60,208 bases of DNA. Source: a virus (taxonomy: Duplodnaviria > Caudoviricetes). Numbering within the stretch: position 1 is the first letter of the stretch; each line of letters begins with the position of its first letter. This document shows positions 35,101 through 43,800 of the stretch, one piece after another. The translations under genes and the position numbers were made by a program. The notes beneath the pieces were generated by a model that was not told where the DNA came from, ran no database searches, and saw nothing but the letters and a program-made list of their open reading frames with translations. The stretch covers positions 1 to 60,208 of IMG/VR virus record IMGVR_UViG_3300046374_000002. The stretch is one strand, 5' to 3'.

Positions 35101-36723
35101 TTGTAATGTATGAATTGCACTGTTAGTCCGTTCTGGCGAAACATAACGTCCTAATGTACTAACAATTAAATCCTCAGATCCAACCTGAAATTTAATTCCA
35201 ACCCAACCACTAAAATCATCTCGAATTAGGCCAGTTGTAAATGATGTTACAAAATCTGATAGCTCACCAGTTCCTTGTTTTCCTTGTCCAGATCCCATCG
35301 GAATCCTACCACGTATATCTGGTAAGTTAAATGTGGTACTATCATCTCCTATTCCATAGATAGTTCCTATAGCTTCAAACAATAAATCATAGGTAGTTCT
35401 ATTGACTTCACTACCATCACAAGCTAACCAACCTTGTGGAATAGTAGCACTACCATTAAGAACTATAGAACCTATCGAAACATTTAATCCACTAACACTA
35501 CCATTTCCACCATCTGTAGGAGGTGGAGCAACTACCTCTGTCCAGGCTGCATCTTGCCTAGCATATTGTCTACCATCGATAGGTGCTTCTTCAATACCGG
35601 ATGGAGGAATATCAGGAATGATAACTTCTGCCCATGCTGCATTCTTCCTAGCATATTGCTTGTCATCTATAGGTGCTTCTGGAAATGGAGTAGCTATTGC
35701 TAATACTTCAGTAGCCAGATCTCGACAATTGTTAGTGCCATCTACAAAATCTGTAGTCTCACCACTAACCATTCTCATCAAACCATCTGTCGTACTATCA
35801 GCTAATGGTATATTAAGTTCATCAAGAGGTATAGCAGAATAGATAGCTCGAATAATATAGTTAAGAGCTAGATAAGGCTGCATATTATTATGCGCCCCAT
35901 TCCCACCAAACATACTAGCAACTATACCTGTTCCACTAGCATTACTAGAAGTTCCTACTCCACTAGGATTATCATAGGTTCCAGTATAGGCTCCATATAC
36001 TCCCATTCCTGTTCCTACCCAATTTGCAACTACTCCTGTATATGCTCCATATACACCAACACCTATTCCAACATGAGAAGTATTAGCAGCTTGTTCACCA
36101 ACTAACACACCTCCACCCATCGGCATCAATTGATAACCTGATATACCAAAAGTAGGATCACTTTCAACATGTGAATGACCCGGATCTGATAAACTATGTG
36201 CATGGGTAGGATCATAGGTAGGATGTTGATGGGAAGGATCTGATAAACTATGTGCATGGGTAGGATCTGCATGAGTATGAGCATGGGTAGGATCAACATG
36301 AGAATGTATATGGGTAGGATCACTAATACTATGATTATGTGCTGGAATTTCAGCAGCTATTAATGTATGAGTTTTTTCTCCACCTATCGATGCTAACGTA
36401 TACTCTGTATCAATTCCTATAATAACCTTACCTCTAAGATCTGGAAGGTTAAATGTAGTTCCACTACCACTGCCAGCACCAAATCTAGTACTTACTATCT
36501 CATATAGTTCTGGATAGGCTGCTTTTTCTACTTCTGCTCCATCACAAGTTAACCAACCTGTAGGTACATTTGGACTAGGCCAAGCAAGTATAGTTCCTAC
36601 ATAACATCCATCATAGCCTTGTCCAGTATTTCCTTTAATCCCTTGTATACCCTGTTCTCCACCAGGAGTTATTAAACTACCAGTTCTAACTACAGTTCCA
36701 GGAATTGCTAATTTGTTAGCCAT
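32194..36723 (-). CDS. large tail fibre / receptor-binding protein with four tail-collar modules
   Basis: Four GWLxCDG...FNLPD modules, each ending HN(N/T)(M/I)xP; four (E/D)APID..xY(A/G)R repeats; two DUF4082-like beta domains; C-terminal IPT-like domain. Confidence 0.88.
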   Translation of the reverse strand: MANKLAIPGTVVRTGSLITPGGEQGIQGIKGNTGQGYDGCYVGTILAWPSPNVPTGWLTCDGAEVEKAAYPELYEIVSTRFGAGSGSGTTFNLPDLRGKVIIGIDTEYTLASIGGEKTHTLIAAEIPAHNHSISDPTHIHSHVDPTHAHTHADPTHAHSLSDPSHQHPTYDPTHAHSLSDPGHSHVESDPTFGISGYQLMPMGGGVLVGEQAANTSHVGIGVGVYGAYTGVVANWVGTGMGVYGAYTGTYDNPSGVGTSSNASGTGIVASMFGGNGAHNNMQPYLALNYIIRAIYSAIPLDELNIPLADSTTDGLMRMVSGETTDFVDGTNNCRDLATEVLAIATPFPEAPIDDKQYARKNAAWAEVIIPDIPPSGIEEAPIDGRQYARQDAAWTEVVAPPPTDGGNGSVSGLNVSIGSIVLNGSATIPQGWLACDGSEVNRTTYDLLFEAIGTIYGIGDDSTTFNLPDIRGRIPMGSGQGKQGTGELSDFVTSFTTGLIRDDFSGWVGIKFQVGSEDLIVSTLGRYVSPERTNSAIHTLQLRQDPSTPNIVGQVSIDTTGRPTGSFAYVALASPVTLTAGSIYYLLSYEAASSGDLWYDDDSIPTTTTDATILGSVYTSGSPTDSGPPIDAKVGLHIYVPVNLQFGLPPLTDRLLGSIGGEETHLLTVEELPAHSHSTIQDAHSHTASQPAHSHTSPAHVHSVLGTVQSNAGTGPGLWIGTPTGDPYANTTSVGVAIDAAQPAITVGNTTSSVAISNTGGGLAHNNIQPFLTLGYIINAENVPVSGGGTPPSGGTTVVAALPVGSVVSFAGSIVEEGWLVCDGSEASRTIYPDLYVTVGDTYGAGDGSTTFNLPDIQGKVIVGSGAGSGLTDRLLGSIGGEETHVLSIAEMPIHTHIQDLHNHGVATGGGTIGANILSYVTTGVYDYTGSNLHGATATNQNTGGGLAHNTMPPYIVLTYVIKAIKDEVSGGGNGSGETYVVRTLPIGTIVSNASAILSDGWLVCDGSEQDPAIYFELFAAIGTTYGGDGTVFNLPDFRDRIALGVSSTRILGSIGGEETHVLTIEEMPSHTHIQDAHTHAQDAHSHIIGQYTAVFPSGTSPWGAYIGFENQGTSTFTAVATNQNSVATNQNAGGGLTHNNIQPYLAVDYIIKAKEIEAIIDVVEDAPIDDQLYGRKNGEWEVIPAGGGEGGGGGIVKVNYDLGHYAPTTELGTGDYTVGVCFTVTSAINPKLKQVSFYKTALEAPNVNHSFILYDAAMQIPLWNHPPDGETAVEGWITHVLVAPLPLVQGTTYMLTVHCSSEFIANTTPPHLPYQDGPLSAERGGKIAGSGCPWPDSEVHYGLDLVIEVEEEQGPPIEEAPIDGLAYARQDAEWVETNLQGVPGKSVEILQSVDEATAIADSIVNPNNIYFWIVLPPPPVLTSLNPAQGDGSMITSPVTLQVIGSGFTANCKGGTTSGLAFTERPTTFVSETELSVSLTFTGNSHSYISVQDEHGQRSNEIDWWSGPP

Positions 36724-36729
36724 AACTAA

Positions 36730-37614
36730 CTAACTACTAGGAGGATTTAATAATGTTAACACATTTCCTATCTTCTCTACTACTTTTAAGGCTCCAGCTT
36801 GTCCCTCTCCAGCAGCACCATCTATATATAGAAACTCTCCAACTGCTACCCATCTAATCTCTTCACAATCTACCTCTACTGTCTCACCAACTGCTGGAAC
36901 TACAAAATCTTGAACACAGAATGTATAAGCAGGTATTCCATCTATACCTTGTGTTCCTTCTTCTCCCTTATCTCCACGAGGAATATAGAAATCAAATATA
37001 GCATCTGTAGTATCTCCTACATTAACTACATCAGCATCTGTTCCAGGTTCAGTAGTAGTGGTAGTTCCTACTTGTATAGTAGCTGATTTTCCAGGTGGAC
37101 CTTCCTTTCCTTCTGTTCCAGATAATGTTCCCCTAAACTCTATTTCTTGTATAGGACTAACAAACGGCATCGGCTGAATAATACCTTCCGCAGTTGGATA
37201 CATCGAAGGTAATTCATTTTTACTAGTGATAATTATAGTAACATCTGGTTTCAGCCAACCATTAATATTATCCTCTATATATTCTATATTCTGAAAATAA
37301 CATCTAGGTTCATAGGCAGTTATCTTTAAACTTACCTCTTGTGACAACATTAACTCAGCTATTGGAATGGGTTTATCTACCATTATAAAGTCCATTCCGA
37401 ATTCTCGATCTAGCACGACTGAACGGATAGGAGTTAATACTATAAACTTAACATTCTGATATACTTCTTTTTCTCCGGTTGCTCCAAAATCTATCCAATC
37501 AAATGAATACTTAGTAATAGGAATTTCTAATCCCTTATTCTCTATATCTATAGTAGTAGTACCTACTATTTCTACTGCTAATGGATTTAGAACTGCTGGA
37601 AGTGTTGCACTCAT
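36730..37614 (-). CDS. baseplate wedge protein (gpW/gp25-like) fused to a collagen-like C-terminal region
   Basis: EVYQNV...SVVLDREFG...ITAYEPR; GKEGPPGKSATIQVGTTTT...FDFYIPRGDKG. Confidence 0.8.
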   Translation of the reverse strand: MSATLPAVLNPLAVEIVGTTTIDIENKGLEIPITKYSFDWIDFGATGEKEVYQNVKFIVLTPIRSVVLDREFGMDFIMVDKPIPIAELMLSQEVSLKITAYEPRCYFQNIEYIEDNINGWLKPDVTIIITSKNELPSMYPTAEGIIQPMPFVSPIQEIEFRGTLSGTEGKEGPPGKSATIQVGTTTTTEPGTDADVVNVGDTTDAIFDFYIPRGDKGEEGTQGIDGIPAYTFCVQDFVVPAVGETVEVDCEEIRWVAVGEFLYIDGAAGEGQAGALKVVEKIGNVLTLLNPPSS

Positions 37615-37624
37615 GGACAAGAAA

Positions 37625-37638
37625 TCATAACGTTATGA
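37625..37638. repeat. dispersed palindrome, copy 11
   Basis: Contains the stop codon of gpU (IVS*). Confidence 0.95.
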
Positions 37639-38046
37639 TACTATTAATCTATATTCCTTTAAACTAACATCTGCTGCTGCTCCAAATAAGGTTCCGCTTC
37701 GAGTAAAGAACTTATGCTCTTCTCCTACATTAGTCACTACCCATAAATTAAACCCCATAGTGATAGGTCTATTACCTACTAACAATGGTGCTACCCTTCC
37801 CATCTTGCAATACATTCGTAGAAGCATAAGACTAGCAAAAGGATCTGCATTCCATTCCATATTAAAATTCATCTTAAATGAAACTTCTGATAGTCCTGGT
37901 CCACAGAATTCTAATATAGGCATCTCCATGTGCACAGCATGTTGAGCAAATCTATTAGTATTAGTAACATGCAATTCATCAAATGTATGTACTCGTCTTC
38001 GACTACATTCAAATACTAACATTCCAAAGCATCCGACTAGTGCCAT
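37633..38046 (-). CDS. P2 gpU-like tail protein
   Basis: GCFGMLVFE; FAQH; LEFCGPGL..VSF; VSLKEY. Confidence 0.85.
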   Translation of the reverse strand: MALVGCFGMLVFECSRRRVHTFDELHVTNTNRFAQHAVHMEMPILEFCGPGLSEVSFKMNFNMEWNADPFASLMLLRMYCKMGRVAPLLVGNRPITMGFNLWVVTNVGEEHKFFTRSGTLFGAAADVSLKEYRLIVS

Positions 38047-38056
38047 ACTATCCTAT

Positions 38057-38698
38057 CTATGCATCATGTCTACCTATACTATCTGTATGCACTCCGGTTG
38101 TATGCATATCTCCACCATTATCAATATTCCCACTAACATTTAGATCGCCATTAACCTTAACTGGTCCAGTAAGAGTTATGGTACTTGCTGTAATATTAAC
38201 TGTTCCTGCTACAATGTTAACTGGTCCGCCAGTATTAACTACAATTGTCATTGTCTTAATACCAGATCTTCCAACATTCTGACCAGCAGTTACATGTAAA
38301 GTACTATCTCTAGGTCTATATTCGACTATTGTTCCATCTCCAAATGTAACATGCTTATGTGCAGCATCTTCCAATTTAGTTATAGGAGGACGATTGCCAG
38401 TATTATAAAAACTTCCATCGACAAATCCTTCTCCACCTTCGGAGTTAGGAAGCATAGTAATAGCTACATCATCTCCTATATTAGGGCACCAAAAGGACTG
38501 ATTAGATCTACTACCAAATTGTTTAACAGGTAATGGTCTACTAATTAATCCATCCTTGTCTAACTGTTGAACTCTAACAAACACTCCAGTATCATTTATT
38601 ATTTGTTCTATTACCTTCCCATTTCGAAACATGTTTCTAACTTGAGCATCTCTACCTGTATTATCCCTAGGAAATATACTATCACTAGTGAAGTCCAT
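38057..38698 (-). CDS. baseplate assembly protein V / spike
   Basis: OB-fold S..LPV...PNIGDDV...GEGFVDGSFY; beta-helix-like repeats; C-terminal His cluster. Confidence 0.88.
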   Translation of the reverse strand: MDFTSDSIFPRDNTGRDAQVRNMFRNGKVIEQIINDTGVFVRVQQLDKDGLISRPLPVKQFGSRSNQSFWCPNIGDDVAITMLPNSEGGEGFVDGSFYNTGNRPPITKLEDAAHKHVTFGDGTIVEYRPRDSTLHVTAGQNVGRSGIKTMTIVVNTGGPVNIVAGTVNITASTITLTGPVKVNGDLNVSGNIDNGGDMHTTGVHTDSIGRHDA

Positions 38699-38706
38699 AT
38701 CTTCTA

Positions 38707-39897
38707 TCAGTATCCTTTTAATGCTCCTCTAAATTTTAGGGAAGTTATATAACCTCCTCCACCTATACTATGTTGACTACTCTCTATAAACCACTTCTTA
38801 TCAAATATTCCATATCCTATTGTTGCACAGGTTAATCCTGACAAATATTCTATATTACCAAATACAGTAAAACTACATTGATGTTCTTTCTTATTCTTCT
38901 CTCGAAGTTTAGCTTTACATTTACCTTTTCCTTTTTCTTTACCTCCTTTTCCTTTCCCACTATTAGCTGCTGGATCATCATTAAAATTATCTACATCATG
39001 AAGTTCTAATGTACTTGGACTTTTTCCACTTGTTCCTATTCCATCTGGATCATAACCTATACCTTCATTACTAACATGTTTTGCATAGGTTCCTTCTGGA
39101 ATAGTTATATCTCCTTTATCAACTGCTGCTTGATCTTCCTTATCTGGAAACTCTGTCTTTGTTACCTTTCCTGTTTCTGGATTAACAAAACTATTCTTAG
39201 CACTCTTATAGGTATCATCTGTTTTCGAATTAAACTCATATGTTAGTATTTGTTTTGATCCATATACTAACTGAAAAGCGGGAGGTCTAGCTTCATACTC
39301 TTGCTCTGAATAAATGATTAACTGTTTCTTATGAATTTTAAGTGATAGTTCTGCTTCCTTACAACGCTCTCGCAAGTACTCTATATCTGATTTATCATTC
39401 TGTTCTGTCCGTTTAACTTTCGGATTCTTCCCTGTATCATAAAATAATGTTAGTCCGTTCTCTGTTGCTATCTGTCCTGCTATTGTCTTTAAATCACTAT
39501 TCTCCCATGATCGATGTTTGTTAGTTGATTTCGCTCCATTCGGAGGAATGCTACCAGCCTTGATTGAGACAATATTAGGTGGACCTTTTAATCCTACATG
39601 ATTAATCCAAAAGGTTCCACATTCTAATACTCTATTATCAAATGGTCTTAACCAATGAAACAAGCTAATAGTAGCTTGACATTCCATACCTTTCTTTGGC
39701 ATCTTTTGCTGCATCCAAGTTCTATCAGGATCAGCTATCTCTACACATAAATCATCTGCTTTATCGCTAGTATTATCTGTATATTTAAAACTAATATCTA
39801 AGGTAGACAATCCAGATAGTACATCTTGTCCTCCTACTATTAACGAGGTTTCTGCTCGTCTAGCAGACAATATAGGCATTATTAATCCTAACGCCAC
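38707..39897 (-). CDS. late control D / baseplate hub protein
   Basis: SFKYTDN...ADDL; CGTFWI; LKTIAGQIA; EQ..KSDIEYL; G.FD.KWFI. Confidence 0.88.
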   Translation of the reverse strand: MALGLIMPILSARRAETSLIVGGQDVLSGLSTLDISFKYTDNTSDKADDLCVEIADPDRTWMQQKMPKKGMECQATISLFHWLRPFDNRVLECGTFWINHVGLKGPPNIVSIKAGSIPPNGAKSTNKHRSWENSDLKTIAGQIATENGLTLFYDTGKNPKVKRTEQNDKSDIEYLRERCKEAELSLKIHKKQLIIYSEQEYEARPPAFQLVYGSKQILTYEFNSKTDDTYKSAKNSFVNPETGKVTKTEFPDKEDQAAVDKGDITIPEGTYAKHVSNEGIGYDPDGIGTSGKSPSTLELHDVDNFNDDPAANSGKGKGGKEKGKGKCKAKLREKNKKEHQCSFTVFGNIEYLSGLTCATIGYGIFDKKWFIESSQHSIGGGGYITSLKFRGALKGY

Positions 39898-40139
39898 GGC
39901 AGCAACTCCTTCAGATTAGGTATTTTAACAGGATGTTTAAGATCATTATTAAGTTGAACTACTGGTGGAACTATTAACAATACATCAGCTAAAAAGAATC
40001 CTACCTCTCTATATTCATAGTTAGCATCTTGCATAAAATGCATAGCATGTTCATCACCATAACATGCTAATGCTATCAAATCCCATATATCTCCTTGCTC
40101 TGTTCTATACTCTCTAACTTTTGCCTTCAATGTTATCAT
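39888..40139 (-). CDS. tail protein X (LysM-like)
   Basis: YRTEQGDIWDLIA...YGDE...AN; C-terminal LPWR. Confidence 0.85.
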   Translation of the reverse strand: MITLKAKVREYRTEQGDIWDLIALACYGDEHAMHFMQDANYEYREVGFFLADVLLIVPPVVQLNNDLKHPVKIPNLKELLPWR

Positions 40140-40149
40140 AACGTTATGA
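40136..40149. repeat. dispersed palindrome, copy 12
   Basis: Contains the ATG of tail protein X. Confidence 0.95.
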
Positions 40150-40158
40150 TATCATCCA

Positions 40159-42672
40159 CTATACATAGGATAACCTCTGTTCTTCATCTTTAGCCTTTCT
40201 AAGCTGCTCTAGAAGTTGTCTAACAGGATCTTGCAAAGCAGCTTCTATCTCTCTACCTATAGCACCTTCCTGTCCAACAGGTACATTACTAATAGTAATA
40301 GGAACAGACATACTAAGACTAATAGGTCCACCACCACCACCTAACCCTCCTCGCATACCTAACAAATTAGCAGCCTGACTTAACAATCCTCTACTTCTAC
40401 CTTCTCCTCCTCCTTGTAATGGTACTACCATTTCGGCTCCACGTTCTGCTAGATTATACATTCCCCTAGCAGCTACTATACCTCCTGCTTGCATACCTGG
40501 AGCGGGTCTAGGTGCTAATGCTGCTGACACTCCTCCTTGTGTCGCATCAATAGCTGCCTTTAATTCATTTAACTTTCTAATTGAATCTTCTACTCCTAAC
40601 AAACTAATTTGAATAGCTTTATCAGCAGGTGTCTGCTCAAGATTAGTATTAAGAGTAGTTATATCTTGGTTAGCTTGTTCTGCTCCTGTAGTAGCTATTG
40701 CAACTTTTTTCTCATCTGGTAGTTTCTCAGTAGCCTTAACTAACTTTTCTGCTCCTTCAACTGCTTCTGGTGTAGTAGTAGGGAAACCTTTCGTTTCTCC
40801 TCCCTTAACTGCTACTCCTCCCTTAACTCTTTCTGTTCCTATAGCAGTCGTTTCTACATGTGCTTCCATAGCTGCTTTCCTAGCTTCAGGCCCGCCTGTC
40901 ATTTTATCTATCCTATCAAAAAATTCACCTAATGGACCCATAGCAAATTTGATAGCAAGTTCAAATGCTCTCTTTAATGCAATACCTATCTTCTGTCCAA
41001 GCTTACTAAAATCTATTACAGTTTGATCCCATTCCTTTTGTAGTAACTCTCCCCAATTTATCTTAGATAACGATTTCTCTATTCCCTTACCTAATCCTTC
41101 AACTATCTTTGTGGCAGCTTCATCAAATCCCTTTATAATATCAAAAGCTTTGCTAAGATCAAATTCAGGAAACTCTCCCTCTTGGGCACCAGTTAACATA
41201 CCGATTATTCCATCGGTTATAGTCTCACCTACTACATCCCAATTAATCTTAGCTATCTGTTCATTAAACCAATCACCTACATTTCCTAACCAAGTCCATG
41301 CATTATCCCAACTTAATTTTGCTGTATTACCTGCCGCAGTAAATATACCTCCCCAATCTATCTTATCAAAACCTGCCTTAACATCATCATACATCTTTTG
41401 AAAATCTATCTTTCCTAACCCCATCCACATTAGCTGCCAGTTAGTTTTAAGGATAGCTTTCAAATCATCAAATGTAATTTGTCCTTTTATATAGGCTTTA
41501 ATACCTTTCATTGATCCTTCTAATGGACCTTGCACCTTACTCCATATTTCATTAGCACCAGCAACTAACGGTTCCCAGACTGGTGCTAATGCTTTCTTCA
41601 CAGGTTCTATTAATATTGCATTTAACTTTCCTGCTCCCTCTGCCATCGAATCCATTACATCTTCCCATGCCATTCCTGCCCAATCTCCTAGCACAGCAAA
41701 AGCTCCCTTAGCAGCTACAAATCCTTCCTCCAAATTCTTTCCCCATGCTCGAATGATAGGAGTTTGTTCAACTAACCAATTAGAAAAACTTTTAATAGCA
41801 GGAGTTAATGTATTAGCAATCCTCTCTGCAATTGGTTCAATTGCTAATGCAGTAGCATTTAATACTTGCTTCCATGCTAACTGTGATTCTAGTAATGGTT
41901 TACCTATAGTTTCCTGTAATCGTCGATAGGCTTGTTCAGCTACAAATACCTTACCAGCATGGGTTGTTAGTGCTTGATCTACCCTACCTTCTTGTCTTCT
42001 AATTACATCATATGCGAGAGCAGCTCTAGCAGTCTCGCTCTTCATCTTCTTAACTTTTGCTAACTCTTCTGCAGAAAATAGTTTAGCTAGAGGACTTTTC
42101 TTTGATAGCATCCCCGACTTAATAAAACCTCTTAACTGACCAGTAACATTTTCAACTTCATCAGCACTAGCACCTACTCCTTTTAAAGCAATTACAGTTC
42201 CTTCAAAACCCTTCGACATTTCAGCTATCTTTTTTGGACCAAAACCTGCTTGTCCTAATCCAGCAAAACCAGTTTTCATAGAAGTAGCTGCAACTACTCC
42301 TGTCTTTTCTAGATCATTTGCTAGTGCATTTAACTCCTCTTGTTGTCCTTTGATAGTTCCTGGTTTAATAGCTTCTATCTTCTGTAACTTAGCATTTCTT
42401 TGTAAAGCTAAACTTAACTTATCTTCTGCTTTCTGTGCCGCCTTAGCTTCTGCTACTGCTCCTGCCATGAATTTACCAACCCCTTCGAAAGCCTTAAAAC
42501 CTAATGCCAGAGCGGCTCCAGCACCTACCATCTTTCCAAAACCTAGCGTCAAAGATTTGGCTTGTCTAGCTACTCCTCCCATTAAACCTGTTAACTTATT
42601 AAAAGCACCTTCTACCCCTTTCAGATGTGCTATTATATTTAAGTTTAAATCAACTGATTTAGCTTCAGCCAT
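40159..42672 (-). CDS. tail tape measure protein
   Basis: 837 aa, Ala/Gly/Lys-rich and helical, with periodic Trp; follows the chaperones; AGGIV...AERGAEMVVPL near the C-terminus. Confidence 0.9.
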   Translation of the reverse strand: MAEAKSVDLNLNIIAHLKGVEGAFNKLTGLMGGVARQAKSLTLGFGKMVGAGAALALGFKAFEGVGKFMAGAVAEAKAAQKAEDKLSLALQRNAKLQKIEAIKPGTIKGQQEELNALANDLEKTGVVAATSMKTGFAGLGQAGFGPKKIAEMSKGFEGTVIALKGVGASADEVENVTGQLRGFIKSGMLSKKSPLAKLFSAEELAKVKKMKSETARAALAYDVIRRQEGRVDQALTTHAGKVFVAEQAYRRLQETIGKPLLESQLAWKQVLNATALAIEPIAERIANTLTPAIKSFSNWLVEQTPIIRAWGKNLEEGFVAAKGAFAVLGDWAGMAWEDVMDSMAEGAGKLNAILIEPVKKALAPVWEPLVAGANEIWSKVQGPLEGSMKGIKAYIKGQITFDDLKAILKTNWQLMWMGLGKIDFQKMYDDVKAGFDKIDWGGIFTAAGNTAKLSWDNAWTWLGNVGDWFNEQIAKINWDVVGETITDGIIGMLTGAQEGEFPEFDLSKAFDIIKGFDEAATKIVEGLGKGIEKSLSKINWGELLQKEWDQTVIDFSKLGQKIGIALKRAFELAIKFAMGPLGEFFDRIDKMTGGPEARKAAMEAHVETTAIGTERVKGGVAVKGGETKGFPTTTPEAVEGAEKLVKATEKLPDEKKVAIATTGAEQANQDITTLNTNLEQTPADKAIQISLLGVEDSIRKLNELKAAIDATQGGVSAALAPRPAPGMQAGGIVAARGMYNLAERGAEMVVPLQGGGEGRSRGLLSQAANLLGMRGGLGGGGGPISLSMSVPITISNVPVGQEGAIGREIEAALQDPVRQLLEQLRKAKDEEQRLSYV

Positions 42673-42680
42673 AAACTAAC

Positions 42681-42887
42681 CTAACCTTGTCTTTGTTGCT
42701 GTCGTCTATTTTGTTCCTCTATCATCTGTATAGCTACTTTAGCCCACCCTTCCAATTTTGCTAATGGCATTTTTAACCAATAGTCAGGCGAGCTATGATA
42801 GTGACTACTCATTGCTAGGCAAAATCGCATCAACTCATCAGCACTAGCTATACCCTCTCTAATAAAAAATTTCTTACATTCGTACAA
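42681..42887 (-). CDS. tail assembly chaperone, -1 frameshift extension (gpE'/gpGT-like)
   Basis: Lies in the -1 frame after slippery T TTT TTA at 42863..42869; YWLKMPL..L..W motif. Confidence 0.75.
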   Translation of the reverse strand: MYECKKFFIREGIASADELMRFCLAMSSHYHSSPDYWLKMPLAKLEGWAKVAIQMIEEQNRRQQQRQG

Positions 42888-43138
42888 AGAGCTTTAAAGT
42901 CTTGTGCTCCTAACTGTCCTAAGTCCTTTGGATTAATCTTAGCACATCTTCCAGCTACCATAACTAGATATCTAGAATCCATATCTGGAATCATAGATGC
43001 ACCATCACCTCTATACAAAGTTCTAAAACCAGCTTCTAACTCACAGATATCATCTCCAATTAGAGATTCTATATCCATGTCAATTTCAGTATATTCCTTA
43101 CCATTTAACTGTGTCGGCTTTGATAGTATATATTTCAC
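42848..43138 (-). CDS. tail assembly chaperone (gpE/gp41-like)
   Basis: LSKP...GKEYTEI...L.G.D...L.A.DF...VRNFL; between tube and tape measure genes. Confidence 0.85.
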   Translation of the reverse strand: MKYILSKPTQLNGKEYTEIDMDIESLIGDDICELEAGFRTLYRGDGASMIPDMDSRYLVMVAGRCAKINPKDLGQLGAQDFKALCTNVRNFLLERV

Positions 43139-43188
43139 CTAACCTCCTTTGTCGTTTAGGAGAGAGCAACTTACTCTCTCCCTAATAA

Positions 43189-43713
43189 TTACATTCCTAT
43201 TGCTGTTCTAATCGGCTGCCCATAGTCAGTATGTAGAACATCATCAACTAGATTAACCTTATCTTTCTCAAATACTGTCTCTCCGTTATATACTCCTTTG
43301 ATATAAGTACATCCACAAAGAATAGCAACTGCTTGTTTAGTTCCTACCTCAAAATTAGCTAGATCAAAACCTTTTGGTAGTATTATCATAGCTAAACGCC
43401 ATTGACCTATACTAACCATATGTGATCCAGGATCTTGATATTCGATTCCTCCTATGCATTCAACATGCATTGCTTGCTGTCTCATTAATTCTAAAGACTG
43501 TCTAGTAATAGAATTAAAGTTAAAGGTAACTTCCCAATCTTGATAGTGCGCTTGTACAGGATAGTTAGTCTCACCTCCATAACCACTACCCTTTAGAGCA
43601 TCTGTTAGATTCTGTATATTAGGCAATGTCAAAGTTGACATTCCTATAAATCTCCATCCATCTTTCCAGACAGAGTAATTGTTAACTTGTAATGGCAACA
43701 ATGGTCCGGGCAT
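43189..43713 (-). CDS. tail tube protein (P2 FII-like)
   Basis: Follows the sheath; IGMSTLTLPNI...GSGYGGE; C-terminal IRTAIGM. Confidence 0.85.
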   Translation of the reverse strand: MPGPLLPLQVNNYSVWKDGWRFIGMSTLTLPNIQNLTDALKGSGYGGETNYPVQAHYQDWEVTFNFNSITRQSLELMRQQAMHVECIGGIEYQDPGSHMVSIGQWRLAMIILPKGFDLANFEVGTKQAVAILCGCTYIKGVYNGETVFEKDKVNLVDDVLHTDYGQPIRTAIGM

Positions 43714-43739
43714 ATCTTTCTATTTTAACTCCTATGAAA

Positions 43740-43753
43740 TCATAACGTTATTA
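43740..43753. repeat. dispersed palindrome, copy 13 (one mismatch)
   Basis: atgaaaTCATAACGTTATtA. Confidence 0.85.
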
Positions 43754-43800
43754 TATTAACTAGGAGAAGATCGTTAGTCCTCTCCTAGTTGTTTAGTTTA

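Noticed and set aside
28195-36723. Diversity-generating retroelement or invertible fibre cassette
   Set aside because: No reverse transcriptase or invertase is present, and repeat differences are not adenine-specific as far as I can see
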